DNA of 63,776 nucleotides, filler included, from an uncultured Synergistales bacterium (GTDB lineage: Bacteria; Synergistota; Synergistia; Synergistales; Aminobacteriaceae): assembly GCA_937897575.1 (NCBI GenBank). It is 6 parts of 6 records of this genome, joined end to end, with 100 filler letters (N's around TTAATTAATTAA, not from the genome) between each part and the next. Parts side by side here need not be neighbours in the genome. Positions count along the whole stretch, not along the records: positions 1 to 10,739 come from CALCQG010000063.1; positions 10,840 to 26,256 come from CALCQG010000065.1; 4 more parts are not named here. One strand, given 5' to 3'. Shown here piece after piece: positions 10,620 through 20,464 of this stretch. Every line of letters begins with the position of its first letter. Position 1 is the stretch's first letter. Both the position numbers and the translations under genes were made by a program. The notes below the pieces were generated by a model. The model ran no database searches and had not been told where the DNA came from. It worked only from the letters and a program-made list of their open reading frames with translations.

Positions 10620-10738
10620 CGTGCTCCTCCCTTCGCGCCGAGGATGGCGGCAAGGCGCTCGTACGCCTCCTCCACGGAGAACTGCAGCCCATTGTACTTG
10701 AGGATTCTCTCCTCCGCCATGAACCCCGTCTCCGTCCG
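10616..10738 (-). CDS. 2-oxoacid:ferredoxin oxidoreductase alpha subunit, C-terminal fragment
   Basis: RTETGFMAEERILKYNGLQFSVEE...; stop overlaps beta-subunit start. Confidence 0.75.
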   Translation of the reverse strand, partial: RTETGFMAEERILKYNGLQFSVEEAYERLAAILGAKGGAR

Positions 10739-10739
10739 G

Positions 10740-10839
10740 NNNNNNNNNNNNNNNNNNNNNNNNNNNNNNNNNNNNNNNNNNNNTTAATTAATTAANNNNN
10801 NNNNNNNNNNNNNNNNNNNNNNNNNNNNNNNNNNNNNNN
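10740..10839. other. Artificial contig linker
   Basis: N-run, TTAATTAATTAA, N-run. Confidence 0.99.
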
Positions 10840-11603
10840 TGCCGGGGCCTGCTCGGGACGGAGACGTTCTCGATGAACCAGTCGTAGAGCGGCCGGTGAT
10901 CCTCGAACTCCAAGGTGCAGATGGAGTGGGTGATCCCCTCGATGGCGTCCTCGTACCCGTGGGCGAAGTCGTACATGGGGTAGATACACCATTCACCGCC
11001 CGTGCGGAAGTGGTCCCGGTGCAGGATGCGGTAGAGCACGGGGTCTCTCATGTTCAGGTTGGGGTGGTTCATGTCGATCTTCGCCCGGAGCACGCAGGCA
11101 CCGTCCTCGAACTCGCCGGCCTTCATCCGCCGAAAGAGGCCGAGGTTCTCCCCGACCGGCCGGTCGCGCCAAGGGGACTCCACCCCCGGCGCCGTGAGGG
11201 TTCCCCTGGTCTCCCGTATCTCCTCGGCCGTCTGGTCGTCCACGTAGGCCTTGCCCGCCTCGATCAGCTCGATGGCCCAGTCGTGGAACTGGTGAAAGTA
11301 GTCGGACGCGAAGCAGAGCTTGTGCCATGTGAAGCCGAGCCAGGCCACGTCCCTCTGAATGGCCTCCACGTACTCCGTCTCCTCTTTTGCCGGGTTCGTG
11401 TCGTCGAAGCGGAGGTTGCACTTCCCGCCGAACTGCTCCGCCAGGCCGAAGTTCAGACAGATGGATTTGGCATGGCCGATATGGAGGTATCCGTTCGGCT
11501 CCGGCGGAAAACGGGTGTGCACCTCCTGCACGACGCCCCGTTCGAGGTCGTCCAGTATGATCTGTTCAATGAAGTGCGGGCCTTTGCCCGATTGGATCTC
11601 CAT
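10840..11603 (-). CDS. glnS: Glutaminyl-tRNA synthetase (3' truncated by gap)
   Basis: [56 protein letters not shown]. Confidence 0.95.
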
Positions 11604-11686
11604 GATGCATACGCTCCTTTGTCTGCTGGTCGTCCCGTTCCGGGAAATATTGTCACACGGACCGGGAGAAATGTAAACGATTCGGT

Positions 11687-12580
11687 CTATGCCTCGTGGT
11701 AGGGCTCCATATGGACCGAGACGTGGATTTCGTCGCCGAACCCTCCTCTGAGTGCGCCCTCCACCGCCTTGGAGACATCGTGCGCCTCCGTCAGCGTCAC
11801 GTCGCCATCCATCTGAATATGAACGTCCACCGCCATGGTCGGGCCGATCCGTCTGGTCTTGAGCTTATGAAGAGACATGACGCCATCCACGGACAGTATG
11901 GCCTCCGTAAGATGCGCCTGCACCTCCCTGGGTAAGGCGGCCTCGATGAGCTCGTCCATGCAGTCCTTCAAAATAGGCACCGCAGACCGGACGACGAAAA
12001 AACTCACCACCACCGCGGCGGCCGGATCGAGCACGCTCCACCGCTCGCCGAGGAACACCGCACCTCCGATACCGACGACGGTGCCAAGGGATGCGAAGAC
12101 GTCTGCACGGTGATCCCACGCCTTTGCTATGACGGCGGAGCTGTTCAGCCGTCGGCCCCAGGAGATGGTGTACCGATGCAGCACCTCTTTCGTGACGACG
12201 GTGATCAGGGCGATCACGAAGGGGAAGATCGTCGGGCGAGGGAGGGGGGTGCCCTGGACGGCTTGCCATATGTCCCGGACTCCGGAGAGGAAGATGCCGC
12301 CTCCGGCGATGAGCAGGCCAAAGCCGCACAGGCCGGCGAGGATCGCCTCCACCTTCCCGTGTCCGTAGGGGTGGGATATATCGGCCGGTTTGTTCGCCAT
12401 TTTGAGCCCGATGAGGAAGATAAGATCCACCACGACGTCCGAGAGGGAGTTCGTGGCGTCGGCGATCATGGCGCTGCTCCGCCCCCATATCCCTGCGACG
12501 TATTTCGCCGCGGCGAGAAAGACGTTTGCGCCAAGGCCTATGGAGGTCACCCTCCGCGCCTGACTGCCCCGTTCCATCAT
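11687..12580 (-). CDS. Cation diffusion facilitator transporter (FieF-like)
   Basis: [31 protein letters not shown]-terminal HMEP. Confidence 0.93.
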   Translation of the reverse strand: MMERGSQARRVTSIGLGANVFLAAAKYVAGIWGRSSAMIADATNSLSDVVVDLIFLIGLKMANKPADISHPYGHGKVEAILAGLCGFGLLIAGGGIFLSGVRDIWQAVQGTPLPRPTIFPFVIALITVVTKEVLHRYTISWGRRLNSSAVIAKAWDHRADVFASLGTVVGIGGAVFLGERWSVLDPAAAVVVSFFVVRSAVPILKDCMDELIEAALPREVQAHLTEAILSVDGVMSLHKLKTRRIGPTMAVDVHIQMDGDVTLTEAHDVSKAVEGALRGGFGDEIHVSVHMEPYHEA

Positions 12581-12717
12581 GCCACCTCCCGCGAAGAAGC
12601 CCCTGTTGCTTCACGACAGTATGAGCCTAAGAGCCGGATTGTCAAGAAGCCTGCGCTCTTCATGGAAAACCCCCTGCCGCAGTCGACGGCAGGGGGTCAA
12701 TAACCGTTTCCGTCCGC

Positions 12718-13314
12718 TTATTCAAAGATCCGTACCCGGTCGGAGAGAGGAAGAAATTCCTTCTCGCCGGGGTCGGCCAGGGGGGCGCCAAAGGGTATCT
12801 GCGCGACGAACTGCCACTCCTCCGGGATGTTCCACTCCCTCCGCGCCGCCTGCTCCACCACTGGTCCGTAGTGCTGAAGCGATGCCCCGAGCCCCTCGGA
12901 CTCCAGGCCCGTCCAGACGATGAACTGGGCTATTGCCGACGCGTGCTGGGCCCACACGGGAAATTGGGCGGCGTAGGTCGGGAATCGCTCCTGAAGGTCA
13001 CGCACAGGGCGATCGTCCTCGAAGAAGAGGACGGTCCCGTGCCCGTTGCGGAAGGACGCCATCTTCTCCTCCGTGGGGGCGAACCTCTCGGGCGGCACGA
13101 TCTTCCGGAGGGCCTCCTCCACAAGGTTCCAGAATCGTTCGTGATGCTTCGCCAGGAGCAAGATCACCCTCCCACCCTGGGCGTTATAGGCCGATGGCCC
13201 GTGTTTCACTGCAAAAGAGACTATCTCTTTGATCCGTTCGTCCGATATGGGGCTGGATTTCCCTATGGCGTATATGGAACGCCGTTTTTCGACAGCCGTA
13301 AAAAAGTCGCTCAT
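12718..13314 (-). CDS. Nitroreductase family protein (Frm2-like)
   Basis: KRRSIY, PSAYNAQ, GLGASLQHY. Confidence 0.9.
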   Translation of the reverse strand: MSDFFTAVEKRRSIYAIGKSSPISDERIKEIVSFAVKHGPSAYNAQGGRVILLLAKHHERFWNLVEEALRKIVPPERFAPTEEKMASFRNGHGTVLFFEDDRPVRDLQERFPTYAAQFPVWAQHASAIAQFIVWTGLESEGLGASLQHYGPVVEQAARREWNIPEEWQFVAQIPFGAPLADPGEKEFLPLSDRVRIFE

Positions 13315-13552
13315 GACAACACGCTCCTCAAAGTACAGTATTCATTCCCGGTTCATGTTTTTTATTATAGCAACGATAGCACATGGACAGGCGAATGTCT
13401 ACTAACATGATATTATTTATTGAATGAGCGCAATACCTGCGGACAACTCGGCAGAACGTCTGATTCCACATATTTTTTCTGTGGTGTATAATGCAGGGCG
13501 TGCTTGAACAACGGTTGAGCATATTCTTATTTCAGTGAAGGAGGAAATATTT

Positions 13553-14097
13553 ATGAGGAAATCCCTTGCGGCTCTGTCTCTGGCACTTCTTGTCGCACTC
13601 TTCGGCGCCTCCTGCGCCCTTGCGACGGAGGTCGCCGTCGTCGATACGGACAAGATCCTCGCCGAATCAACCCCGGGCAGGGCGGGACAGGTTCATCTCG
13701 AAGAGGTTCAGAGGGTCCTTCAGAGGGGTACGACGATCTCGCAGTCATGTACCGGGGACGGGAGAACACCCCCGAGGGGCAGAACGCCATCATGCAGGGG
13801 CAGGCAGCGCTCCAGCAGCAGATGGTCGTGGAACGGAACGCCGTGATCGCCGTCCTCCAGCAGGAACTCCTGGCGGCTGCCGAAGCGTGGCGAAAGAAGA
13901 ACCCCAAGATTCAGATGGTCGTCAGCAAAAACCTTCTGCTCGCCTCGGACCCCAAGATGGACGTGACGGCAGCGGTCATGCAGGAGATGAATAGACGGAT
14001 CCCCAAATTCCCCGACCTCCCGACGGTCACGGTGAACAGGCCAGCACCCGCCCAACCGGCACGCCCTGCCGCAAAACCCGCTCAGCCGACGAAGTAA
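13553..14097 (+). pseudogene. OmpH/Skp-like periplasmic chaperone, frameshifted at G4 run 13725-13728
   Basis: Signal peptide plus VAVVDTDKILAES continues in another frame as YDDLAVMYRG...MDVTAAVMQEMN. Confidence 0.8.
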
Positions 14098-14130
14098 TCC
14101 GCTCCTGTCGGGACAACAAATCGTGAACGC

Positions 14131-14162
14131 AAAAAGGCCCTCCGCAACGGAGGGCCCTTTTT
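14131..14162. terminator. Bidirectional intrinsic terminator
   Basis: AAAAA-GGCCCTCCG-caa-CGGAGGGCC-CTTTTT between convergent genes. Confidence 0.85.
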
Positions 14163-14199
14163 CATGTCGTCCTATCCAGGCCGGTGGCTCGGGTCCGGA

Positions 14200-15402
14200 C
14201 TACTTCATGTACTCCGCTCTGAGCTGCTTGGCCGGCACATACTCCGGGTTGATGTCGAGCGTTTTGTCGATCCAGTTCATCGTGAGCGTCCTGTTCCCTA
14301 TCTTCCGGGCGGACTTGGCTGCCCAGTAGGCGGCGAGATAGTTTCCGTCGTAGCCGTTCGCCGCGCGGGTGAAGATATCCAGAGCCTCTCTGTACCTGCC
14401 TGCGTTGAATTTCGTCACACCGTTCCGCTGGAGGATCTTCAGGTTGTTTCTCTCTCCTGCCGAGATGGCGTAGCTGTCGATCACCTCGATCTGATCCGAG
14501 GTGTTCGCCTGCGGGCTCTTGACCGTCGGGGTCTTCGCGGGAGCGGGTTTAGCCGCCGGCTGCTTCGTTTGGGTTGAGGTGCCGGTCTTCGTCACGGTGC
14601 CCGTATCGGTTACGGTCGTATCCTTCTTTTCTTTCGTCGTCACGGTACCGGACTTCTCCCATCGCTCCGCCTGAGCCTTCAGCCGGGACATCCTCCGCTC
14701 CGTGGGAGGGTGCGAGTTAAAGCCGCTCGGCGGCGTCACGAGCCCCGCATCGGCCATGCGCTCGATGGCGTTGTAAATGCCCCACGGGGAGTAGCCGGCT
14801 TTGTAGGAGTACTCCACAGCGTAGTCGTCGGCCTCCACTTCCTGTTCGCGGCTGTAGCCGTTTATTGCCAGCATGGCCCCTCCTCCGATGAGGATGTTGC
14901 CCAGGTCCCCCGCGCCAAGGAGATGGCTGAGGACACTGGCCGCCACAGCAATGCCCGTATTCCGCTGGGCCGATTTCTGGACGTGCTCCTTGATGCCGTG
15001 CCCCGTCTCGTGGGCAAGCACTCCGGCCAGTTCGTCATCCGTCCTGAGAAGGTCAAGCAGCCCTCGCTGCACCACAACCCACGGATTTCCGCTGTTGTCG
15101 ATGGTGATATAGGCATTGATCTCCTCGGCCTCGTCGTACATCACGAAGGCGCTGAACCCCGTCGCCTTGGCGATGTTCCTCCATATGTCCTCGAAGCGTT
15201 GAAGGGAGATCCCCTCCGCCGAGGGCATCTGAGCGCCCGTATTGTACAGGACCTCATTCTGGTGCACCGTCTGGCCGTCGGGCAGAGTCTTCGTCGTGTC
15301 TGCGCCGGCGGGGACGGAGAACAGGAACCCTCCGCCGAGGGAAAGCACCCCGGCGAGGAACAGGACGGCTAATACCTGTCGTACGATCTTCTTCATCGTC
15401 AT
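14200..15402 (-). CDS. Exported M48 metallopeptidase with Thr/Pro linker and C-terminal TPR-like region
   Basis: ELAGVLAHETGH, YSREQEVEAD, SHPPTERR; signal peptide. Confidence 0.9.
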   Translation of the reverse strand: MTMKKIVRQVLAVLFLAGVLSLGGGFLFSVPAGADTTKTLPDGQTVHQNEVLYNTGAQMPSAEGISLQRFEDIWRNIAKATGFSAFVMYDEAEEINAYITIDNSGNPWVVVQRGLLDLLRTDDELAGVLAHETGHGIKEHVQKSAQRNTGIAVAASVLSHLLGAGDLGNILIGGGAMLAINGYSREQEVEADDYAVEYSYKAGYSPWGIYNAIERMADAGLVTPPSGFNSHPPTERRMSRLKAQAERWEKSGTVTTKEKKDTTVTDTGTVTKTGTSTQTKQPAAKPAPAKTPTVKSPQANTSDQIEVIDSYAISAGERNNLKILQRNGVTKFNAGRYREALDIFTRAANGYDGNYLAAYWAAKSARKIGNRTLTMNWIDKTLDINPEYVPAKQLRAEYMK

Positions 15403-15602
15403 CCTCTCCTTATCTGGCAATGTCCTATAGGTTGATAGTACCTCGTCCAACTATTTTTGTGTATCATAACAGGTGGATCAACGGGACAACAAGGTGATTC
15501 TACCGTATTTTCACCCTCGAGGGTGAGGCCTTTATTCACCCGGCGAGTCGGGGCAAAACATGCCTCTGTCGACGGGTCGTCCTATTCTCTTGCTCAGAGG
15601 AG

Positions 15603-16802
15603 GTGCTCCCTATAGTTCATCGTCGCGCTGCCTGCTTCGCTCTGTACTTTTTGCTCCACACGGCAATCCCCGCCTTCGCCTGTTCCGTTGCGTCCCCCAC
15701 CGTAGAGGCTATGGCCGCCCAGATGCTCATGGTTGGATTTCGGGGGACGGATGTCTCCGACGACGACCCCATCGTGGGTCATATCCGTTCGGGGGCCGTC
15801 GGCAACGTTCTTCTCTTCGAACGGGACCTTACGGCCGACGGGGGGAGCGATCGCAATATCCGTTCCCCGGAGCAGGTCAAGGCCCTTATACGCACCCTCA
15901 AGGCAGCGGTCCCGACGGCCATCCCCCTTTGGGTCGCCATCGACCAGGAAGGGGGCCGCGTTCAGCGCCTGCGCCCCAATCGAGGTTTTCAGGAAAACTA
16001 TCCGTCGGCCCAGACTCTCGGACAGGGCAGCGTGGACGAGACCCACGCCGTTGCCGGGCGCATGGGACGTGAACTCGCCGACCTGGGGATCGACATGGAC
16101 TTTGCCCCCGTCGTCGACGTGAACGTCGATCCGCTGAGCCCCGCCATCGGGAAAATCGGGCGGAGTTTCGGCGCCGACCCCGAACGGGTCGCTCGGCACG
16201 GGATGGCCTTCGGCGACGGTCTGGAGAGGACCGGAATCCTCCCTTGCCTGAAGCACTTTCCGGGGCACGGAAGTGCGAGGGCCGACACTCATAACGGCGC
16301 GGCGGACGTATCGGACACCTGGCGAAGCATCGAGCTCGTCCCCTATCGCCGGGCGTTCGCCGCGGGGTGGTCCGGCGCCGTCATGACAAGCCACGTGTTC
16401 CATGCGTCCCTCGACTCGAAATACCCCGCCTCTCTTTCGCGGACGATAACAACGGAGCTGCTGCGAGGCATCCTGGGGTGGAGCGGCCTCGTAGTGACGG
16501 ACGACCTGCACATGGGCGCGGTGACGGAACACTACTCCATCGAGGAGACGATCCGCCTGGCTGTCCTTGCCGGCGCCGACATCCTGATCTTTTCGAACAA
16601 CGCACCGGGCAGGACGTACGACCCTGACTTCCCGGTCAGGGCCCATCGGACTCTGATCTCCCTCGTGCGGGACGGGGTCATATCGGAGGAGCGGATGTTC
16701 GAGTCCTGGTGCAGGATAACTCGGGCAAAGGAGGAGTGGCAGCGACTCAGGGAAAGGATGCTCCGGCATGGTCGATCGCCCAAATCCATCCGAAGTTCGT
16801 GA
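15603..16802 (+). CDS. GH3 beta-N-acetylhexosaminidase (NagZ-like)
   Basis: IDQEGGRVQRL, APVVDV, KHFPGHGSARADTH, VTDDLHMGA. Confidence 0.92.
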   Translation: MLPIVHRRAACFALYFLLHTAIPAFACSVASPTVEAMAAQMLMVGFRGTDVSDDDPIVGHIRSGAVGNVLLFERDLTADGGSDRNIRSPEQVKALIRTLKAAVPTAIPLWVAIDQEGGRVQRLRPNRGFQENYPSAQTLGQGSVDETHAVAGRMGRELADLGIDMDFAPVVDVNVDPLSPAIGKIGRSFGADPERVARHGMAFGDGLERTGILPCLKHFPGHGSARADTHNGAADVSDTWRSIELVPYRRAFAAGWSGAVMTSHVFHASLDSKYPASLSRTITTELLRGILGWSGLVVTDDLHMGAVTEHYSIEETIRLAVLAGADILIFSNNAPGRTYDPDFPVRAHRTLISLVRDGVISEERMFESWCRITRAKEEWQRLRERMLRHGRSPKSIRSS

Positions 16803-16862
16803 AGTATCCCGAAGAGCATGCTTCCGTACGCTGGACACCAGGCCGAATGCTTCGGAAAACAC

Positions 16863-16897
16863 ACGAAGACCCCGCGGGCCTGCGAGGTCTTCGTTTC
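16863..16897 (-). terminator. Hairpin downstream of tRNA-Leu
   Basis: ACGAAGACC...GGTCTTCGT inverted repeat. Confidence 0.55.
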
Positions 16898-16923
16898 ATA
16901 ACGGATTTCTCCGCATCGCTCTC

Positions 16924-17009
16924 TGGTGCCGGGGGGGGGACTCGAACCCCCATGTGGTCGCCCACGGTGGATTTTGAGTCCACTGCGTCTACCATTCCGC
17001 CACCCCGGC
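16924..17009 (-). tRNA. tRNA-Leu(CAA)
   Basis: GCCGGGG acceptor, D-loop GG, anticodon loop CTCAAAA, long variable arm, GGTTCGAGTCC, encoded CCA. Confidence 0.96.
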
Positions 17010-17075
17010 GAACAGGGTATTTTGTACCACACTCCCGTAACAAAGTCCAGTCTGTGATCGTCGCGGAGGTCCTGC

Positions 17076-17109
17076 AAAAACGAGGGAGCCTTTCGGCTCC
17101 CTCGCGCTT
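17076..17109 (-). terminator. Intrinsic terminator of repeat-protein gene
   Basis: CGAGGGAGCC-tttc-GGCTCCCTCG preceded by an A-run (U-tract on minus strand). Confidence 0.8.
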
Positions 17110-17127
17110 CACACCCTAGTGCAAAGG

Positions 17128-19299
17128 CTAGTTCGTGGCGGTGCTCACGGTGCCGTCATCCCACTCGACGGTGACCCTGAAGTATCGGGAACCCTGTGCG
17201 ATCGTGCCGTCGTCCTCGACGAAGAGCTGAAGGTTGCTGTATCTGGGGACTTCAAAGAGGACAGCGCCCGTCCGCTTGTTGTTGAGCAGACCTCGCCCCG
17301 GGGCGACGACGCCGGTGAGCCAGTAGCCGTTATTGGGGATCGTATCCCACACACCGTTCTCGTCGATGCTCTCGAGGGTGATGGTTTCGACCTTCCCCTT
17401 TCCCTTGAAGCTGACGTTGAAGAGCCAGTCCGTCTTGCCGTTCTTGGCGACTCGCTCGTTCGGCCCGACATAGTCGCTGCTGGACGCTTTTCTGGGGCCG
17501 GACAGGGCCACTTCCTTATCGGAAGATCCCTGTGTTCCGCGATCGGGCGTCGTCCCTCTGGCAGCGTCGCTCGAGACATCCATGACCTGTTTTCTGCCGT
17601 CATCGAAGCTGATCGTCAGACGGGATTTCGTCAGCGAATCTCCAAGACTGCCGTTGTTCTCGACGAAGAGCCTGTACTGCGTCCTCTTGCCGATAGGGAT
17701 GGAGATGGAGCCATTGGAAGAGTTCAGCACCTTCCCGTTCACGTCGGTGATGCCCATGAGCCAGCGGCCGTTTCCGGGGACGGTGTCCCATTCGCCGGCG
17801 GGCCCCGCCACGTTCACAAGCTGCATCTCGGTGATCGTCCCCGCGGAGGTAAGGTCCAGGTCGATGGCCCAGTCCTTCTTCCCGTTGCCCGATCTGCTTT
17901 CGCTCGCTCCGACAATGTCCTTGTTGTATTCGCCTATAAGGACTGCGGTCCCGCTGTCCTCGGACTCATCACCAGCGCTCGAAACGGCTTTGGTCACGGA
18001 AGAGCCGTCGGTGAAACTGACCGTCACCTCGAACTGGGACTTCCCGTTCCGGATCGCCCCGTTGTCCGTCATCCAGAGGTCGAGGGTGATCTTGTCCTTG
18101 ACGGGGATCTCCACGCTGCCGTCCTGGCTGTTGAGGACCTTGCCGGCCTGGGTGACACCGAGAAGCCACAGCCCGTTCGACGGGATGGTATCCCACTCGG
18201 CGGCCTCGCCCTTCACGCTCTTCAGCGCGATGGCGCTGATGGTGTTGCTGCCCTGCACCACGATGCGGGCACTCGAATCGGCGTTTCCGTCGCCTCGAAG
18301 GCGCTCGTTGCCGCCCGTGAGGTCACGGTTCTGCTGGACCCACTGCGCCGACGCTATGGCCATGTCCGTCGCGACGCCCTGAGCGGCACCGATAACCCGT
18401 TTGGCCGTCGTGTTGTCGTCGAAGGTCACCGTCACTTCGAACTGGGACTTCCCGTTCTTGATGGCCCCGTTGTCGCTCATGAAGAGGTCCAGGGTGACCT
18501 TCCCCTGGATTTCGATCCCCAGGCTGCCGTCGGCATTGTTCAGGACCTTGCCGGAATGCGTGGCAGCGACGAGCCACTTGCCGTTGTTCGGGATCGTATC
18601 CCACTCGGCGGCCTCACCCTTCACGCTCTTGACAGAGATGGCCCTGATCGTGCCCGTGCCCTGCAGCACGATTCGCGCGCTCGTGTCAGCCGTCCCGTCG
18701 CCGCGCAGCCGTTCGTTCTTGCCCGTGAGGTCTCTGTTCTGCTTCACCCAGTCCGCCGAGAGGAACTGCACCTTCGACTGGCCCCCGTCAGTGGTGGGGG
18801 CCGTCGTGGCCGTCGCCGCAACGTCGATGGTGGCGGAACTCGTGGAGTTATCAATGAAACGGGCCGTCAGGGTGAACTTCCCGCCTTTGGCAATAGAGCC
18901 GTCGTCGGAGACGGTCAGTGTCACACCCATGGCCAGCAGGAACGGCGTCATGGACATGCTGCCGCTGCTCTCCGTCAGAACGGAACCGTCGCTGTTCTTC
19001 ACCTGAATGCCGGGCACGTTGTTCCCGGACGTCGTATCCCAGACGGACTTTCCGTCAGCCGAGGCAAGCTGGAAGCCCGTGACTGCACCGGCCGTCCCGC
19101 TGATGGAGGCCGAAAAAACGGCGTCTGGCTTCCCGTCCTTCTGAACGCTCTCGCCCGGACCCAGGACGTCCTCCCGGATCCCGTGGAAAGTGAACTTGTC
19201 CACCTTCCCCATCGCCGCCGCACCAACCGACGCCGTTGCCAGAACAAAGGCCAGAGCAACGAGTGCCACAAACACACCGCTTCTTCTTTTCACCGTCAT
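17128..19299 (-). CDS. Large exported protein with five ~130-aa beta-rich repeats (WDTxPxNGxW)
   Basis: Signal peptide; five aligned units; family not recognised. Confidence 0.85.
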   Translation of the reverse strand: MTVKRRSGVFVALVALAFVLATASVGAAAMGKVDKFTFHGIREDVLGPGESVQKDGKPDAVFSASISGTAGAVTGFQLASADGKSVWDTTSGNNVPGIQVKNSDGSVLTESSGSMSMTPFLLAMGVTLTVSDDGSIAKGGKFTLTARFIDNSTSSATIDVAATATTAPTTDGGQSKVQFLSADWVKQNRDLTGKNERLRGDGTADTSARIVLQGTGTIRAISVKSVKGEAAEWDTIPNNGKWLVAATHSGKVLNNADGSLGIEIQGKVTLDLFMSDNGAIKNGKSQFEVTVTFDDNTTAKRVIGAAQGVATDMAIASAQWVQQNRDLTGGNERLRGDGNADSSARIVVQGSNTISAIALKSVKGEAAEWDTIPSNGLWLLGVTQAGKVLNSQDGSVEIPVKDKITLDLWMTDNGAIRNGKSQFEVTVSFTDGSSVTKAVSSAGDESEDSGTAVLIGEYNKDIVGASESRSGNGKKDWAIDLDLTSAGTITEMQLVNVAGPAGEWDTVPGNGRWLMGITDVNGKVLNSSNGSISIPIGKRTQYRLFVENNGSLGDSLTKSRLTISFDDGRKQVMDVSSDAARGTTPDRGTQGSSDKEVALSGPRKASSSDYVGPNERVAKNGKTDWLFNVSFKGKGKVETITLESIDENGVWDTIPNNGYWLTGVVAPGRGLLNNKRTGAVLFEVPRYSNLQLFVEDDGTIAQGSRYFRVTVEWDDGTVSTATN

Positions 19300-19465
19300 C
19301 CTTCCATCGCTCCTTTTTCTATAAAATTTCTTGACGCAGACTGTCCTACGCAACTGAAACGATTATATCATGGGGGTAGGACGTCGCACGTCGAGGAATC
19401 TCCGGGGTGACGTGTATAATAATGACACAATTCTTCCTCGGGACACCCCGAAAAGGAGGCGAAAC

Positions 19466-19897
19466 ATGAACACGATCGTTGTCCGTCACTATGTTCCAGC
19501 CCCTTCGGCAAAGGGCGCCTGCCCGCACTGCGTTGAAACGGGCGGGAACATCCGCTCCGTCATCGATGAAATAGCTCCAAGACTGAGCGGAATGAACCTT
19601 GACGTTCGCCTCGAGACCGTGCCGGTCCGTCAAACTACGGATAATAAGACCGGTAGTTTTAACACCGTCTCGTTCCTCGCGCCCGATGCGGGTATCCCCG
19701 ACGAGGTCACCATCGAAGAGCTTCTCGACGCAGAGGTCCGCACCGAGGGAGGCGCCAGAACGCTCGTCCTGAACGGGGTCGAGTACGGGGCGCTTCCAAA
19801 GGAGCTGATCACCGACGCCATCGTCCGGGTCGTCTTCGCCACCATGGGTGGATGTGGAGGCGGAGGGTGCGGCACCTGCACCGGCTGCCCCGAGTGA
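19466..19897 (+). CDS. DUF2703-like CxxC protein with Cys-rich tail
   Basis: CPHCVETG, C-terminal CGGGGCGTCTGC; strong AGGAGG RBS. Confidence 0.65.
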   Translation: MNTIVVRHYVPAPSAKGACPHCVETGGNIRSVIDEIAPRLSGMNLDVRLETVPVRQTTDNKTGSFNTVSFLAPDAGIPDEVTIEELLDAEVRTEGGARTLVLNGVEYGALPKELITDAIVRVVFATMGGCGGGGCGTCTGCPE

Positions 19898-19902
19898 CCG
19901 GC

Positions 19903-20436
19903 ATGGGCGACGTCTGGATCACCACAAAGGGCGGCGACTCGGGAGAGACGAGCCTTGGGGACGGAAGGCGGATTCCCAAGGATCACCCCAGAGTCGAGGT
20001 CTATGGGACCCTTGACGAGTGTCAGGCGCACATCGGCATGGCACGGTCCCTCTGCGAATACCCCGAGGTCTCGGCGGAGCTCTGCCTGCTCGAGCAGGAG
20101 CTGGGAATTCTCATGGGCTCCATCGCCCTCTACCCTGGCCTGACCTGCCCGAACATCGGGACGATCGAGCGGATCATCGGGACCGTCGCGGACGTGACGG
20201 GGAAGCACTTTCGGTTCGTTCGGCCCGGCGACTCCACGACAGGGGCCGCCCTGCACGTCGCCCGGACGGTGGCCAGACGGGCCGAGCGAACGGCCGTCTC
20301 CCTGTTCAGGACGGGTGACCTGGCCGGTGACGCCTTCCAGTACATCAACCGCCTTTCGGACGTGCTCTACGCCCTCGCCCTGTGGCACGACCATCTCAGG
20401 AGGAGGGACGAGGGCATCTCGGAGACCTGCTCCTGA
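19903..20436 (+). CDS. PduO-type cob(I)alamin adenosyltransferase
   Basis: TTKGGDSGET, YGTLDE, LHVARTVARRAER, YINRLSD. Confidence 0.92.
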   Translation: MGDVWITTKGGDSGETSLGDGRRIPKDHPRVEVYGTLDECQAHIGMARSLCEYPEVSAELCLLEQELGILMGSIALYPGLTCPNIGTIERIIGTVADVTGKHFRFVRPGDSTTGAALHVARTVARRAERTAVSLFRTGDLAGDAFQYINRLSDVLYALALWHDHLRRRDEGISETCS

Positions 20437-20464
20437 TCTCCTGCCGAAACCGTTCCGGCGAGGT

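Noticed and set aside
10740..10839. TTAATTAATTAA within N-runs (five occurrences)
   Set aside because: Synthetic all-frame-stop linker; not biological, and no gene linkage can be inferred across it
16924..17009. tRNA as an integration site
   Set aside because: No duplicated 3' end or integrase in the window
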